Virus record (IMG/VR): IMGVR_UViG_3300021364_000005 | Direction: 5' to 3' (one strand) | Source of the DNA: a virus | Lineage: Duplodnaviria > Caudoviricetes | DNA: 64,000 nt | Shown: positions 53,594-64,000 of the stretch, piece after piece | How the letters are laid out: each line of letters begins with the position of its first letter | Position numbering within the stretch: position 1 is the stretch's first letter | Notes under the pieces: model-generated | Told to the model about the DNA's origin: nothing | What the model saw: the letters and a program-made list of their open reading frames with translations, nothing else | Database searches by the model: none | Position numbers and translations under genes: made by a program

Positions 53594-54391
53594 ATGTGTA
53601 ATGTTGTGATACCAGCTAGTCCAGTAATAAGCCCAAATATACAAGTTTGGGGCGAAGATCTAGGCGACCAATTAGAAACACAGCGTTTTAATTATGACGA
53701 TCCATTTGTGCAAGACCTTGAAGGCGATTATCCTTACAACGGCAATGGTCAATTTTTAAGTTACAGCAATCAAAGTGCAGATGGCGGAGTTCCTACTAGC
53801 AGTAACTATGAAGACGTTCCTGCAGAAACAGGACCTGTTCCTGATAATCCTGGATATGAAAAATTTATTGCCATTCTTAATAATGTATTAGGACAGGATT
53901 GGAAAGAAAGGGGTCGACCAGGTAATCCAAATATTTTACAATGTTATAGAGTTTGTGGATTGGGATACGATCAAGACCAGTCTGCTATGAGTTATGCATG
54001 GTGTGCAGCATTTGTTAGTTGGGCTTTAGAAGAATCTGGCATTGGTGGTTTGAAAAGTATGAGTTCGCAAGCATATAAAAACTATGGTGCAGAAGTTGGC
54101 TGGAGAGACACTTCTAACATTAGACGAGGCGATGTTGCAGTTTTTAAATCAAAAACAAGAAGTGGAGGCCATGTTGGATTTGTTTGGGAAGTAGACAAAG
54201 CAAACAGGCGTTTTAAGATTCTTGGAGGTAACCAAGGCGATAACGCAAAAATTAGTAACTATAGATTTGAATCAAACAGTCAGTATACATTAACAATACG
54301 CAGGAATTGGGCAATACCTGCAGAATTAGATACCCCTATAGATGGTAGTACTATTCAAGCGTCAGCTGGTGCAGAAGATTCAACAGTTTAA
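53594..54391 (+). CDS. NlpC/P60-CHAP-like peptidase (TIGR02594-like)
   Basis: AWCAAFVSWAL (Cys), GDVAVF, GHVGFV (His), LGGNQ. Confidence 0.85.
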   Translation: MCNVVIPASPVISPNIQVWGEDLGDQLETQRFNYDDPFVQDLEGDYPYNGNGQFLSYSNQSADGGVPTSSNYEDVPAETGPVPDNPGYEKFIAILNNVLGQDWKERGRPGNPNILQCYRVCGLGYDQDQSAMSYAWCAAFVSWALEESGIGGLKSMSSQAYKNYGAEVGWRDTSNIRRGDVAVFKSKTRSGGHVGFVWEVDKANRRFKILGGNQGDNAKISNYRFESNSQYTLTIRRNWAIPAELDTPIDGSTIQASAGAEDSTV

Positions 54392-54400
54392 GGAAATAAC

Positions 54401-54832
54401 ATGGCACAAGAATTATATAAAAAAATTACAATAAAAAAACCTAAAACTACAGAAAATAAATTTACTAGGGCATATAGGGGGTTTAGCACAGTCAATCCTG
54501 ACAATACGGATTACAACTTGTATGATATTGCAATTATAAAGCAAGACTTAATAAATCATTTTCATATTAGAAAAGGCGAGAACCTTTCTAATCCTAACTT
54601 TGGTACTATAATTTGGGATGTTCTTTTTGAACCAATGACAGCAGAACTTAAAAATGCTATTATAGATGATGTAAACAATATTATTGCTAATGATCCTAGA
54701 GTTGTTCCAGAAGAAATTAATGTAGATGAATATGAAAATGGGATACAGATAGAAGCAACTTTGACATATTTGCCTTACAATATAAGTGAATCTTTACAGT
54801 TCAGATTTGATCAAAGTGCAGGATTATTATAG
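54401..54832 (+). CDS. gp25: Baseplate wedge subunit, gp25-like
   Basis: IKQDLINHFHIRKGE...PNFGTIIWDVLFEP, DPRV. Confidence 0.9.
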   Translation: MAQELYKKITIKKPKTTENKFTRAYRGFSTVNPDNTDYNLYDIAIIKQDLINHFHIRKGENLSNPNFGTIIWDVLFEPMTAELKNAIIDDVNNIIANDPRVVPEEINVDEYENGIQIEATLTYLPYNISESLQFRFDQSAGLL

Positions 54833-54850
54833 TAGCACTTAATCCTAAGC

Positions 54851-54858
54851 GATAAATA
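54851..54858 (+). promoter_or_regulatory. Late promoter GATAAATA for gp6/gp7
   Basis: TAAATA core 22 nt before ATG 54881, SD AGAGG. Confidence 0.75.
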
Positions 54859-54880
54859 CCATATAGCAAGAGGAACGACA

Positions 54881-57800
54881 ATGTCATCAACAGATAGACA
54901 AAATAGATTACTAGTAACAGAAGACTGGAAGCGTGTATATCAGTCATTTAGAAATGCTGATTTTAAGGCTTACGATTTTGATACTTTAAAAAGAACAATG
55001 ATAACTTACCTCAGAGAAAACTATCCTGAGGATTTTAATGATTACATAGAATCAAGCGAATACGTTGCATTGATTGATATGATTGCATTTTTGGGTCAAA
55101 ACTTGTCGTTCCGTATCGACTTAAATGCAAGAGAAAATTTTATAGAGCTTGCCGATCGCAGAGAAAGTGTTTTACGTCTTGCTAGATTACTTTCATATAA
55201 CGCAAGTAGAAATAAAGCGGCTGAAGGCCTACTTAAAGTGGAATCTATAAAAACTACAGAAGATATTATTGATTCTAACGGAAACAATATTAGTAGACAA
55301 ACTGTACTTTGGAATGATTCAACAAATAGTGACTGGTATGAGCAATTTGTTAGAATCTTAAATGCAGCACTACCTACAACAAATAAATTTGGTCGTCCTG
55401 TAAGTAAAGCTACAATTGACAATATTCCAACTCAAAAATATAGAGTTAACGGAGCAAGTAGTGACATTCCTGTATTTAGATTTCAAAAATCAATTAACGG
55501 AAAAAATTTACCATTTGAAGTAACAAGCTGCGAGTTGACAGATAGTGAAATTTTAGAAGAGCCACCGCTACCTGGAAACAATGTAGGATTTGTTTACAGA
55601 GATGATAATAGAGGGTTTGGTAGTAGCAATACAGGATTCTTTTTTAAATTTAAACAAGGCATTTTAGAAGATGGCGCATTTAATATTTCAGCTCCTGCAA
55701 CTAATCAAACTGTAAGCATAGATGCTGTAAATATAAACAATGAAGATGTTTGGTTATATGGGCTTAACTCTAGTGGAATTGAAACAACACTTTGGACAAA
55801 AGTAGATAGTGTTAAAGGAAATAATGTTTTATACAATAACTTAACAAGTTCGCAAAAAAACATATTTGGAGTTTTAACAAAATTAGAAGATAGAGTTGAT
55901 CTAATTTTTAGCGATGGTGTATTTGGTAACCTTCCACAAGGGTCCTTTAGAACATATTTTCGTGTAAGTGCTAACGAGGAATTAAACATAACTCCTGCAT
56001 CTATGCAAAAAATAAACATCGATGTAGATTATATTTCTGCAAATAACACTGAAGAAACTTTAAGTTTTGAACTTGCTTTAAAGTACAGTGTATTAAACGC
56101 AGCAGCATCCGAAACTAATGATAGTATAAAACAAAATGCACCAGCAGTGTATTACACACAAAATAGAATGGTGACAGGTGAAGATTATAATATTGTTCCG
56201 TTGACAGTTAGTCAAGAAATTGTAAAAACAAAAAGTATCAATAGAGTAAGCAGTGGAATTTCTCGCTATTTTGATTTAGTTGATGCAACAGGAAAGTATA
56301 GTAAAACTAACATTTACGGTAGTGATGGCATACTTTATAAAGAATATTTTACAGACAAGCAAGGGTTTACTTTTAGCACACGTAACGATATTGAGAATAT
56401 TTTGTTATCAACTGTAGAACCTATACTTGCAGGAAAATATATTAGAAACTTTTATTTTGATAAATTTTTACGCATAGATTTTAGTTTGTCTGAATACTTG
56501 TGGAAGCAAAAAGAAACAAAAACAAATCAATCAACAGGTAATTTTGCAGATGGTGCATTGCAAAATCTACCATTAAAGACTGGCTCGTTCACTTCAACAA
56601 ATTTGAAGTATTTGACTATAGGAACATTAGTAAAATTTGCTCCTAGAGCAGGCTATGTTTTTCAAACAGACGAAGATAATAAGCAAGTCATTAGAGGTAC
56701 CGAGCTTAAAGAAAACCAAGTAGAATATCTATGGACTAAAATTGTTAGTATTAAGAATCAAGGAGATGCAGAAGGTGATATATTATTAAATGATGTTATA
56801 CCAACTGATGCAGTTTTACAAGAATTAATACCAGCACTTACAACTACAATTCCAGATGATGTAAAAACACAAATGATAAACAGAATATTTGTTTACAAAA
56901 CATTTGGATTAAGGTATGATTATCTTACAGAAAGATGGAGAGTAGTTACTGAAAATAATGTTAATTTTGCTGACGACTTTGGATTAGGCAGAGCAGGCGA
57001 TAATTCTAATCAGAGCTTGGATGCAAGTTGGTTATTATTATTTGAAACTAACGGCGAAAGTTATACAATTAGTACTAGGTCAATGAGATATGTTTTTGAA
57101 TCAGATGCAGAAGTAAGATTCTATTTTGACAACAGAGATAAAATATTTGATCCTAAAACTGGACAAAGTTTGATTGATAATATCAACATTTTAAGCATTA
57201 ATAAAAAACTTGACGACACAAGCACATATAACTTTACAAAAGACTTTAGATGGGAAGTGAGCAACTCCTTTAGAGATAGCGAAGGTTACGTAAGCAGTAA
57301 AAAAGTTGAAGTTAGCTTTTTTGATTCAGATGATGATGGAGTTGTTGATGACCCGGATATATTCGAACAAATTGTTTTACCTAATATAAACAGCGATGAC
57401 AAATATGTATTCCTTGAGAAATACAATCCTAGTAGTGATGTAGATGATTACAAATATGTTGATTCAAGTAAGTTTTATATTGTGCCTAATTTATCTATAG
57501 GAACAAGTGCATATAATACAGGTGATATATTCTTTGCTCTTGATACTAAATCATTTTACGTTTTAAATGGTAATAATTTTGACATTACAAATGATTATCG
57601 AGCATACGTTGGCAGAGATAAAATTAAGTTTCATTACATTCATAATGCAGATGAATCTTATAGAATAGACCCTAGTAGTACAAATATTATAGATACGTAT
57701 TTGCTTACAAAAACTTATGATACAGAATATAGAAAATATCTTGCAGGAGATTTAACTTTACTACCGTTGCCTCTTAGCTCTGATCAATTATTTTTAAACT

Positions 57801-58315
57801 TTGGTCAAACAATCAATCAGCAGAAGTCAATCAGCGATGAAGTAATTTATCATTCAGTTAAGTACAAGCCGTTATTTGGAAGTAAGGCTGATACAGATTT
57901 GCAAGCAAAGTTTAAGGTTGTAAAAAATGATGACATTGTAATGACAGATAACCAAGTAAAAGCTGAAGTTATTACATACATAAATGAATTTTTTGCTTTA
58001 GAAAATTGGGACTTTGGAGATACATTTTATTTCCAAGAACTAGCAGCATATGTTATGAATAGGCTTACACCTAATATAAAACAAATTGTAATTGTACCTA
58101 CTTCTGCAAACCAAGTTTTTGGAAGTTTATTTGAAATAAAAGCAGAAGCAGATGAAATTTTTATTAGTGCAGCAGAAGTTGATGATGTAGAGATTATATC
58201 TGGGGTAACAGCTACTAGATTGAAGGCACAAGGTGATGTAATTACTGCTGATACAAATTCAGCAGTTGGCGTACAAAGCGGTGCAACTAACTTAACTATT
58301 GGAGGTTATGAATAA
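54881..58315 (+). CDS. gp6: Baseplate wedge subunit, gp6-like (1144 aa)
   Basis: DFDTLKRTMITYL, ENFIELADRRESVLRLARLLSY, QNRMVTGEDY. Confidence 0.9.
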   Translation: MSSTDRQNRLLVTEDWKRVYQSFRNADFKAYDFDTLKRTMITYLRENYPEDFNDYIESSEYVALIDMIAFLGQNLSFRIDLNARENFIELADRRESVLRLARLLSYNASRNKAAEGLLKVESIKTTEDIIDSNGNNISRQTVLWNDSTNSDWYEQFVRILNAALPTTNKFGRPVSKATIDNIPTQKYRVNGASSDIPVFRFQKSINGKNLPFEVTSCELTDSEILEEPPLPGNNVGFVYRDDNRGFGSSNTGFFFKFKQGILEDGAFNISAPATNQTVSIDAVNINNEDVWLYGLNSSGIETTLWTKVDSVKGNNVLYNNLTSSQKNIFGVLTKLEDRVDLIFSDGVFGNLPQGSFRTYFRVSANEELNITPASMQKINIDVDYISANNTEETLSFELALKYSVLNAAASETNDSIKQNAPAVYYTQNRMVTGEDYNIVPLTVSQEIVKTKSINRVSSGISRYFDLVDATGKYSKTNIYGSDGILYKEYFTDKQGFTFSTRNDIENILLSTVEPILAGKYIRNFYFDKFLRIDFSLSEYLWKQKETKTNQSTGNFADGALQNLPLKTGSFTSTNLKYLTIGTLVKFAPRAGYVFQTDEDNKQVIRGTELKENQVEYLWTKIVSIKNQGDAEGDILLNDVIPTDAVLQELIPALTTTIPDDVKTQMINRIFVYKTFGLRYDYLTERWRVVTENNVNFADDFGLGRAGDNSNQSLDASWLLLFETNGESYTISTRSMRYVFESDAEVRFYFDNRDKIFDPKTGQSLIDNINILSINKKLDDTSTYNFTKDFRWEVSNSFRDSEGYVSSKKVEVSFFDSDDDGVVDDPDIFEQIVLPNINSDDKYVFLEKYNPSSDVDDYKYVDSSKFYIVPNLSIGTSAYNTGDIFFALDTKSFYVLNGNNFDITNDYRAYVGRDKIKFHYIHNADESYRIDPSSTNIIDTYLLTKTYDTEYRKYLAGDLTLLPLPLSSDQLFLNFGQTINQQKSISDEVIYHSVKYKPLFGSKADTDLQAKFKVVKNDDIVMTDNQVKAEVITYINEFFALENWDFGDTFYFQELAAYVMNRLTPNIKQIVIVPTSANQVFGSLFEIKAEADEIFISAAEVDDVEIISGVTATRLKAQGDVITADTNSAVGVQSGATNLTIGGYE

Positions 58316-58317
58316 GT

Positions 58318-61300
58318 ATGTCTGAGAATGACCAAAAAGAATATCCAGTAGATGGAAATAATGTTCCTTCTAGTAAATTTTTACCAAGATATTTTAGAAC
58401 ACTTCCTAACAAAAAGTTTTTATCTGCAACGTTTGACCAAATGGTGCAGACAGGTACAGCTGAAAAATTAAATGCATACTATGGAGACACTGTTGCACCT
58501 GGATACAATACAAAAGACCCATACGTAACTGATGATATAAAAATTAGAAATGATTATCAGTTTTCACCTGGTACAGTTATTGAAGATGATTTAGGCAATG
58601 TAAATTTCTATAAAGACTACATTGATTACATAAACCAAATTAAAAATCTAAAAGGGACTGTAGACAATCATAACAATCTAAACGAAGCTGAATTTTATAG
58701 TTTAAATCCTCATATAGATGCTGATAAGTTTGTTAACTATAGAGAATACTATTGGTTAGCGTATGGTCCACAGTTAGTTAATGTAGCTGGTCAAGGAAAA
58801 GAAGTTGTAAGTACGTTTACAGTTACAAAGAAAGACAATGTAGATAACTTTTCATATGTGTTTAGTCCAGATGGAATAACTGATAATCCTGACATTCAGC
58901 TTATCAGAGGTCAGACCTACACATTTGAAATAGATGCTCCTGATATGCCAATGACAATTAGAACACAGCGTCCAGGCACAAGCGAATTTTCTTACACTGA
59001 TGGTGTTACACAAACAGAAACAGGATTTACTTTCAAAGTTCCTGAAAATGCACCAGAGGTACTATTCTACGTAAACGAAAACGATATAAATGCAAGCGGT
59101 GTATTTAAGATTATAAATGCAGAAGATAATTCAGAAGTCGATGTTGATTTAGAAGTTATTGGCAAGAAAGCATATAAAGGCGGTAATGGTGTAGAATTAT
59201 CTAATGGAATGAAAATTAGATTTACTGGAGATGTAACTCCTGCAAAATATGCAGAAGGAGAATGGTACGTTGAAGGAGTAGGTGATAAGATAGTTCTTAT
59301 TAGTGCAAATGATTTGTTTATACCTACTACTAATTTACAAGATGTAGATGTTCCATTTGATGCTAATAATTTTGATAGATTACCGTTTGATGATGCAAGC
59401 GGTTTCCCTGCACAAAAAGATTACATAGTAGGAAACAGATGTAGTAGAGATACAAACTACTGGGCAAGAAGCAATAAATGGTTTCATAAGTCTGTCATTG
59501 AAGCTTCAGCAGCAGCTAATAAACAACCTGTAGTTTTAAATGAAGCTCTAAAAGCAAAAAAGCCTATTATAGAATTCAATCCTCATTTACGTTTACATAA
59601 TAGTGGTACAATAAAAAAGCTAGATGTTGATCTAGTAGATACTATTACTACTGATGTATTTTCTACAATAGAAGGAAGTTCTGGATATAATATTGATGGA
59701 ATAGATATCGTTGACGGAATGCGTATTTTGTTTTTAGGTGACACTGATGTACTAGTCAAGAACAAAATTTATGAAGTTAAATTTATACGTTTTATTAACA
59801 ATAGACAACTTACTTTACAGCCAACAGAAGACACAGATCCTTTAGTAGGAGAAACGCTGCTTTGTAAGCAAGGCACAGATAACAAAGGATATATGTATTG
59901 GTTTGATGGCACAACTTGGAAACGATCACAAGAAAAACCTACAGTAAATCAATCTCCTTTATTTGAGTTGTATGATAATGATGGTATTCAAATAAGCACA
60001 CTTGAGAGTGTGTCTCAATTAGGAACCAAAATTTTCTCATACAAAACTGGTAATGGTGTAAATGATCCTGAATTAGGATTTCCACTAAGTTATAGAAGTC
60101 TTGAAAATATAGGTGACATTGAATTTGAATTTAATTTATTAAGCGATGTAATTACATACCAAAGACAAAATGTTACAGAAAGTATTGAAAGTGATCAGTT
60201 ACTTTTAAGAAAATATTCAGATAGAGAAAACTTTGAATATGTTAATGCTTGGGTAAAAGGTAAAGAACTATCTGTACAACCTGTAATTAGAGAATATTTT
60301 GCTGAAATAGATCAAACTAATTTTGATATTGATGTTTATGAAAATAGTGCTAATGTAACTGATTTATGGATAAGAGTCTATCAAAATAATAAATTGCTTG
60401 TAAACACTAAAGATTATGACATTGTTAATTTTGATAATATGGCAACTGTTGTTTTAAAAAACAAAGCATCAGAAAATGATCAGATTATAATCAAAACAAA
60501 TAGTGCTAATGCAAAAACAAATAATGGACATTATGAATTACCTACTTCGGTAGTCAATAACCCAAATAATGAAAATATAACACAACTAACCTTTGGCGAA
60601 TTTACAGACCATGTAAGAACTATCGTTGAAAGTTTAGAAGATATTGGCGGAATTTTTCCTGGACAAAGTAATTTACGTGATGCAGGAAATGTTTACGACA
60701 GGGGAACTAAATTTGTTCAACATAGTGGAATGTTTAATTTAGCAAATTTCCACCTTATAGATGATAATGCAAATATTATTAAAGCAATAGAGTTTGCAAA
60801 ACGTGAATACGGAAAATTTAAGCGTGAATTTTTAGATGTTGCAAATCAATTAGGGTTTGATGGCGATATTAAAGATCATGTAGATGCTGTTTTAGAAAGA
60901 ATTGCAAAAGATAAAAACAACTCTATGCCATTTTACTTTAGTGATATGATTGGGTACGGTAAAGGTTTTGAAACACAACATAAAGTTTTTGATGAAAATA
61001 ATAGATTTTATCCTTTATCACAAAAATTCAATTTAAAAGAACTATCTACTAGGGCAGTTTGTGTTTATCATAATAGAGTACAGATAGCACACGGTCAAGA
61101 TTACACTTTTAATGATGATGGGTTTATTGTTTTAGATGACAGACTTGTTGTTAATTACAATGATACAATAGACATAGTTGAATATAGTTCAACTGACGGT
61201 TCTTATATTCCTCCTACACCAAGCAAGTTTGGGCTATTTCCTAAATATGTTCCAGGAAAATATCACGACCATACTTTTTTAGAAGCACAAAATGTTGTGC

Positions 61301-64000
61301 AAGGGCACGATGGTAGTATTACTATTGCATACAACGACTTTAGAGACGATTTACTTGTTGAACTAGAAATGCGTATATTCAATAATATAAAAGTTGAATA
61401 TGACGAAAGTATTTTTAACATACATGATTACATAGGTGGAGAATACAGAACAACAAAGTTTTCACAGCAACAGATAGATAATCCATTTATTGACGATTTT
61501 ACAGATTGGCTACAGCTTGTAGGTAATCCAGACTATACAGAATACGATTCTTTCTTTAGTCAAGCTAATCCTTTCACATTTAATTATAGTGCAAGTAATT
61601 CCGCAAATAATAATAGCTTACCAGGATTTTGGAGAGGAATATACAAGTGGGCATATGATACTGATCGTCCGCATTCTCATCCTTGGGAGGTTTTAGGTTT
61701 TAGTATAGAACCTAATTGGTGGAAAGAAGTTTACGGCCCTCGTCCGTATACTGTAGACAATGTTCCGTTATGGACAGATTTAGAAAAAGGTATTGTTAGA
61801 GAACCAGGAAAAGCTGTTAGATTTAGAAGTAAATTTGCTAGACCAGGATTAGCAAGTTTTCCTCCTGCAGATAGTAGAGGCGAAATACAAAATCCTTTAA
61901 ATAGTGGATTCCTAAAAAATTACGCCAACAGTCAAATTAAAACTAAATTTAAGTTTGGCGATCAAGCACCAACAGAAGCAGCTTGGAGACGTTCTAGTGA
62001 TTATCCATTTGCTTTATTAAAAAGCATGATTATAAACAGACCTGTACATACGTTTGGTATTGCTTTTGATAGAAGCAGAGTAAAAAGAAATTTTGCTGGA
62101 CAGTTGGTATATGGTGATACTAATAAAAGAATTAAAAAAGAAACTATTGCATTTCCTAATAGTTTAAGCTCAACAGACAGAGTGCAAACAGCAGGATTAG
62201 TAAATTACGTTGCTGCATTAATACAGAACGATGTATCTACTCAATATGACGAATATGTTTCTAATATCCAACGTGTAAATAACAAACTTGGATTACGTGT
62301 TGGCGGCTTTACAAATAAAGAAAAATTTAACTTATTATTAGACAGCAGGTCTCCTTTTAATACCACAAATGTTTTTATTCCACAAGAGAATTATAAAGTC
62401 TTTCTTAACAAATCTACTGCGTTTGACGTAGTTACGTATAGCGGTGTTATAATAGAAAAAGTAGCAAGCGGATTTATTATAAGAGGATATGATAGATTTA
62501 ATCCTGTATTTCCTATATATCAATCTGTTCCTGCAAGTAACGATCCTGTAATGCGTGAAGGTGGTACAAGCGAGAACTTTATAGATTGGGATGAAAACAA
62601 ATTATATTTACAAGGAAACCTTGTAAGATATGAAGGTAGATTTTTTAGAGCTAGAGAAGAACATACATCAAGCGAAAGATTTGATGCAGATTTATTTGTT
62701 GAAGTAAAAGAAGTTCCGGTAGTAGGCGGAGTAAATGTAACTGTGCCGCAAAACTTTAGAGAGCATTTATCATATGTTGATTACGGAACAACATATGCCA
62801 CTGTTCAAGAAGTAATTAACTTCATTGCTGGATATGAACAACACTTAATTAAATCTGGATTTATATTCAACTCTTATAGTCCCGAAAGCGAAACAATACA
62901 AAACTGGCGCATGAGTATGAAAGATTATCTATTCTGGACTACACAAAATTGGCAAGAAAATAGCGTCATTACACTTAGCCCATTAGCAGAAACTGTAAAA
63001 TGGTTTAAAGATGGATATATTGTTGATAATATTTTTAATGAGATTTATGCAACTGCACCATTGAATAGTAATGGCAGACCTATAAATCCAAAAAATTTAA
63101 GTTACAGTAGAGTTGAAAAAGAATTTATTTTACAACCTAAAGATACAAATGAAGGTATCTATCTAGCAAAATTACCTTTAACCCAAAAAGAACATATTGT
63201 TCTACTTGATAACAAAACTATATTCAAGGATGTAATATATAATAAAGAGCAGGGCTATAGACAACAGCGTATTAAAGTTATTGGATATAGATCAAGTGAC
63301 TGGGACGGAAGTATTAACGTACCTGGATTTATAATCGACGATGTAACTATATTAGATTGGAATGAAAATACAGATTATAGTATAGGCGATGTTGTAAAGT
63401 ATAAAAAAGATTATTATGTTGCAAAAGAAAATGTTCCGGGCAATACTACATTAGACTTAAATTATTGGGAAGTATTATCAGGTAAACCTGAAAACGGATT
63501 GTTTCCAAACTTTGATTACAAAATAAATCAATTTGCAGATTTTTATGATTTAGATACAGATAATTTTGATATAGAACAGCAAAAAGTTGCCCAGCATCTT
63601 ATTGGCTATCAAAAACGTGAGTACTTACAAAACATTCTTAAAGACGATGTTAGCCAATACAAGTTCTATCAAGGATATATTCAAGATAAAGGCACAAAAA
63701 ATGCACTAACAAAGTTATTTGATGCACTAAGTTCGTCAGGTGAAGATAGTTTAGAGTTTTATGAAGAATGGGCTGCAAGAGTAGGTTCCTATGGAGCCAC
63801 AGACGGCATTAAAGAACTAGAGTTTATTTTAGACGAATCTAAATTCCAATTAGATCCGCAGCCTATCATTATCACAAACAGAGACGAAGGCAGAGCTTTA
63901 GATCTTGTTTATAGACAGCCTATTACTGATGTATACTTGGCACCCGAAGATTATGATTATAGAAATGTATTTCCTACAAAGAATTTAAAACAATATGTTC
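58318..64000 (+). CDS. Partial very large baseplate wedge/structural protein (gp7-like), over 1890 aa, runs off the right edge
   Basis: Not in the ORF track because there is no stop in the window. My translation from ATG 58318 begins MSENDQKEYPVDGNNVPSSKFLPRYFRTLPNKKFLSATFDQ; LP..F.T and KFVNYREYYW motifs; the frame agrees at the window end. Confidence 0.8.
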   Translation, partial: MSENDQKEYPVDGNNVPSSKFLPRYFRTLPNKKFLSATFDQMVQTGTAEKLNAYYGDTVAPGYNTKDPYVTDDIKIRNDYQFSPGTVIEDDLGNVNFYKDYIDYINQIKNLKGTVDNHNNLNEAEFYSLNPHIDADKFVNYREYYWLAYGPQLVNVAGQGKEVVSTFTVTKKDNVDNFSYVFSPDGITDNPDIQLIRGQTYTFEIDAPDMPMTIRTQRPGTSEFSYTDGVTQTETGFTFKVPENAPEVLFYVNENDINASGVFKIINAEDNSEVDVDLEVIGKKAYKGGNGVELSNGMKIRFTGDVTPAKYAEGEWYVEGVGDKIVLISANDLFIPTTNLQDVDVPFDANNFDRLPFDDASGFPAQKDYIVGNRCSRDTNYWARSNKWFHKSVIEASAAANKQPVVLNEALKAKKPIIEFNPHLRLHNSGTIKKLDVDLVDTITTDVFSTIEGSSGYNIDGIDIVDGMRILFLGDTDVLVKNKIYEVKFIRFINNRQLTLQPTEDTDPLVGETLLCKQGTDNKGYMYWFDGTTWKRSQEKPTVNQSPLFELYDNDGIQISTLESVSQLGTKIFSYKTGNGVNDPELGFPLSYRSLENIGDIEFEFNLLSDVITYQRQNVTESIESDQLLLRKYSDRENFEYVNAWVKGKELSVQPVIREYFAEIDQTNFDIDVYENSANVTDLWIRVYQNNKLLVNTKDYDIVNFDNMATVVLKNKASENDQIIIKTNSANAKTNNGHYELPTSVVNNPNNENITQLTFGEFTDHVRTIVESLEDIGGIFPGQSNLRDAGNVYDRGTKFVQHSGMFNLANFHLIDDNANIIKAIEFAKREYGKFKREFLDVANQLGFDGDIKDHVDAVLERIAKDKNNSMPFYFSDMIGYGKGFETQHKVFDENNRFYPLSQKFNLKELSTRAVCVYHNRVQIAHGQDYTFNDDGFIVLDDRLVVNYNDTIDIVEYSSTDGSYIPPTPSKFGLFPKYVPGKYHDHTFLEAQNVVQGHDGSITIAYNDFRDDLLVELEMRIFNNIKVEYDESIFNIHDYIGGEYRTTKFSQQQIDNPFIDDFTDWLQLVGNPDYTEYDSFFSQANPFTFNYSASNSANNNSLPGFWRGIYKWAYDTDRPHSHPWEVLGFSIEPNWWKEVYGPRPYTVDNVPLWTDLEKGIVREPGKAVRFRSKFARPGLASFPPADSRGEIQNPLNSGFLKNYANSQIKTKFKFGDQAPTEAAWRRSSDYPFALLKSMIINRPVHTFGIAFDRSRVKRNFAGQLVYGDTNKRIKKETIAFPNSLSSTDRVQTAGLVNYVAALIQNDVSTQYDEYVSNIQRVNNKLGLRVGGFTNKEKFNLLLDSRSPFNTTNVFIPQENYKVFLNKSTAFDVVTYSGVIIEKVASGFIIRGYDRFNPVFPIYQSVPASNDPVMREGGTSENFIDWDENKLYLQGNLVRYEGRFFRAREEHTSSERFDADLFVEVKEVPVVGGVNVTVPQNFREHLSYVDYGTTYATVQEVINFIAGYEQHLIKSGFIFNSYSPESETIQNWRMSMKDYLFWTTQNWQENSVITLSPLAETVKWFKDGYIVDNIFNEIYATAPLNSNGRPINPKNLSYSRVEKEFILQPKDTNEGIYLAKLPLTQKEHIVLLDNKTIFKDVIYNKEQGYRQQRIKVIGYRSSDWDGSINVPGFIIDDVTILDWNENTDYSIGDVVKYKKDYYVAKENVPGNTTLDLNYWEVLSGKPENGLFPNFDYKINQFADFYDLDTDNFDIEQQKVAQHLIGYQKREYLQNILKDDVSQYKFYQGYIQDKGTKNALTKLFDALSSSGEDSLEFYEEWAARVGSYGATDGIKELEFILDESKFQLDPQPIIITNRDEGRALDLVYRQPITDVYLAPEDYDYRNVFPTKNLKQYV

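Noticed and set aside
58308-58325. Mini-ORF MNKYV next to GGAGG at the gp6/gp7 junction
   Set aside because: The SD-ATG spacing is only 2 nt; ATG 58318 opens the long frame.
1-64000. Stop-codon reassignment, inteins or introns in core genes, tRNA genes
   Set aside because: Core genes are full length under the standard code with normal sizes, and no cloverleaf or intein motifs were seen.

Overview
A 64-kb segment of a large, AT-rich, T4-superfamily myovirus genome (Caudoviricetes). The host cannot be assigned from sequence; the gp5 glycoside hydrolase is compatible with a Gram-negative host. Left to right it holds: (i) about 27 kb of minus-strand giant modular fibre/structural genes (partial ORF <1-1921, then 3564, 2884 and 1125 aa, plus four smaller genes); (ii) the head cluster gp23-gp22-gp21-acidic core protein, with a radical SAM gene and a glycosyltransferase-like gene inserted before the portal gp20; (iii) a tape-measure-like gene abutting the portal; (iv) a divergent gp26-like chaperone with a canonical -1 frameshift signal; (v) two probable internal head proteins; (vi) an early operon gp47-gp46-small basic protein-GIY-YIG nuclease, followed by about 400 nt of highly structured non-coding sequence and a cluster of GAA-triloop hairpins; (vii) the late sigma factor gp55; (viii) a plus-strand baseplate operon (gp48/54-like, gp53, hub, gp5 with GH19, NlpC/P60-like, gp25, gp6, partial gp7-like). 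The best candidates for new biology are the stand-alone GIY-YIG nuclease with its abutting pseudoknotted RNA (42661-43590), a promoter- and terminator-bounded RNA of about 240 nt behind the capsid gene (27246-27488), and the G/GT-type frameshift in a T4-like phage (39788-40027). Family calls come from motif recognition only, no searches were run, and RNA pairings were found by eye.
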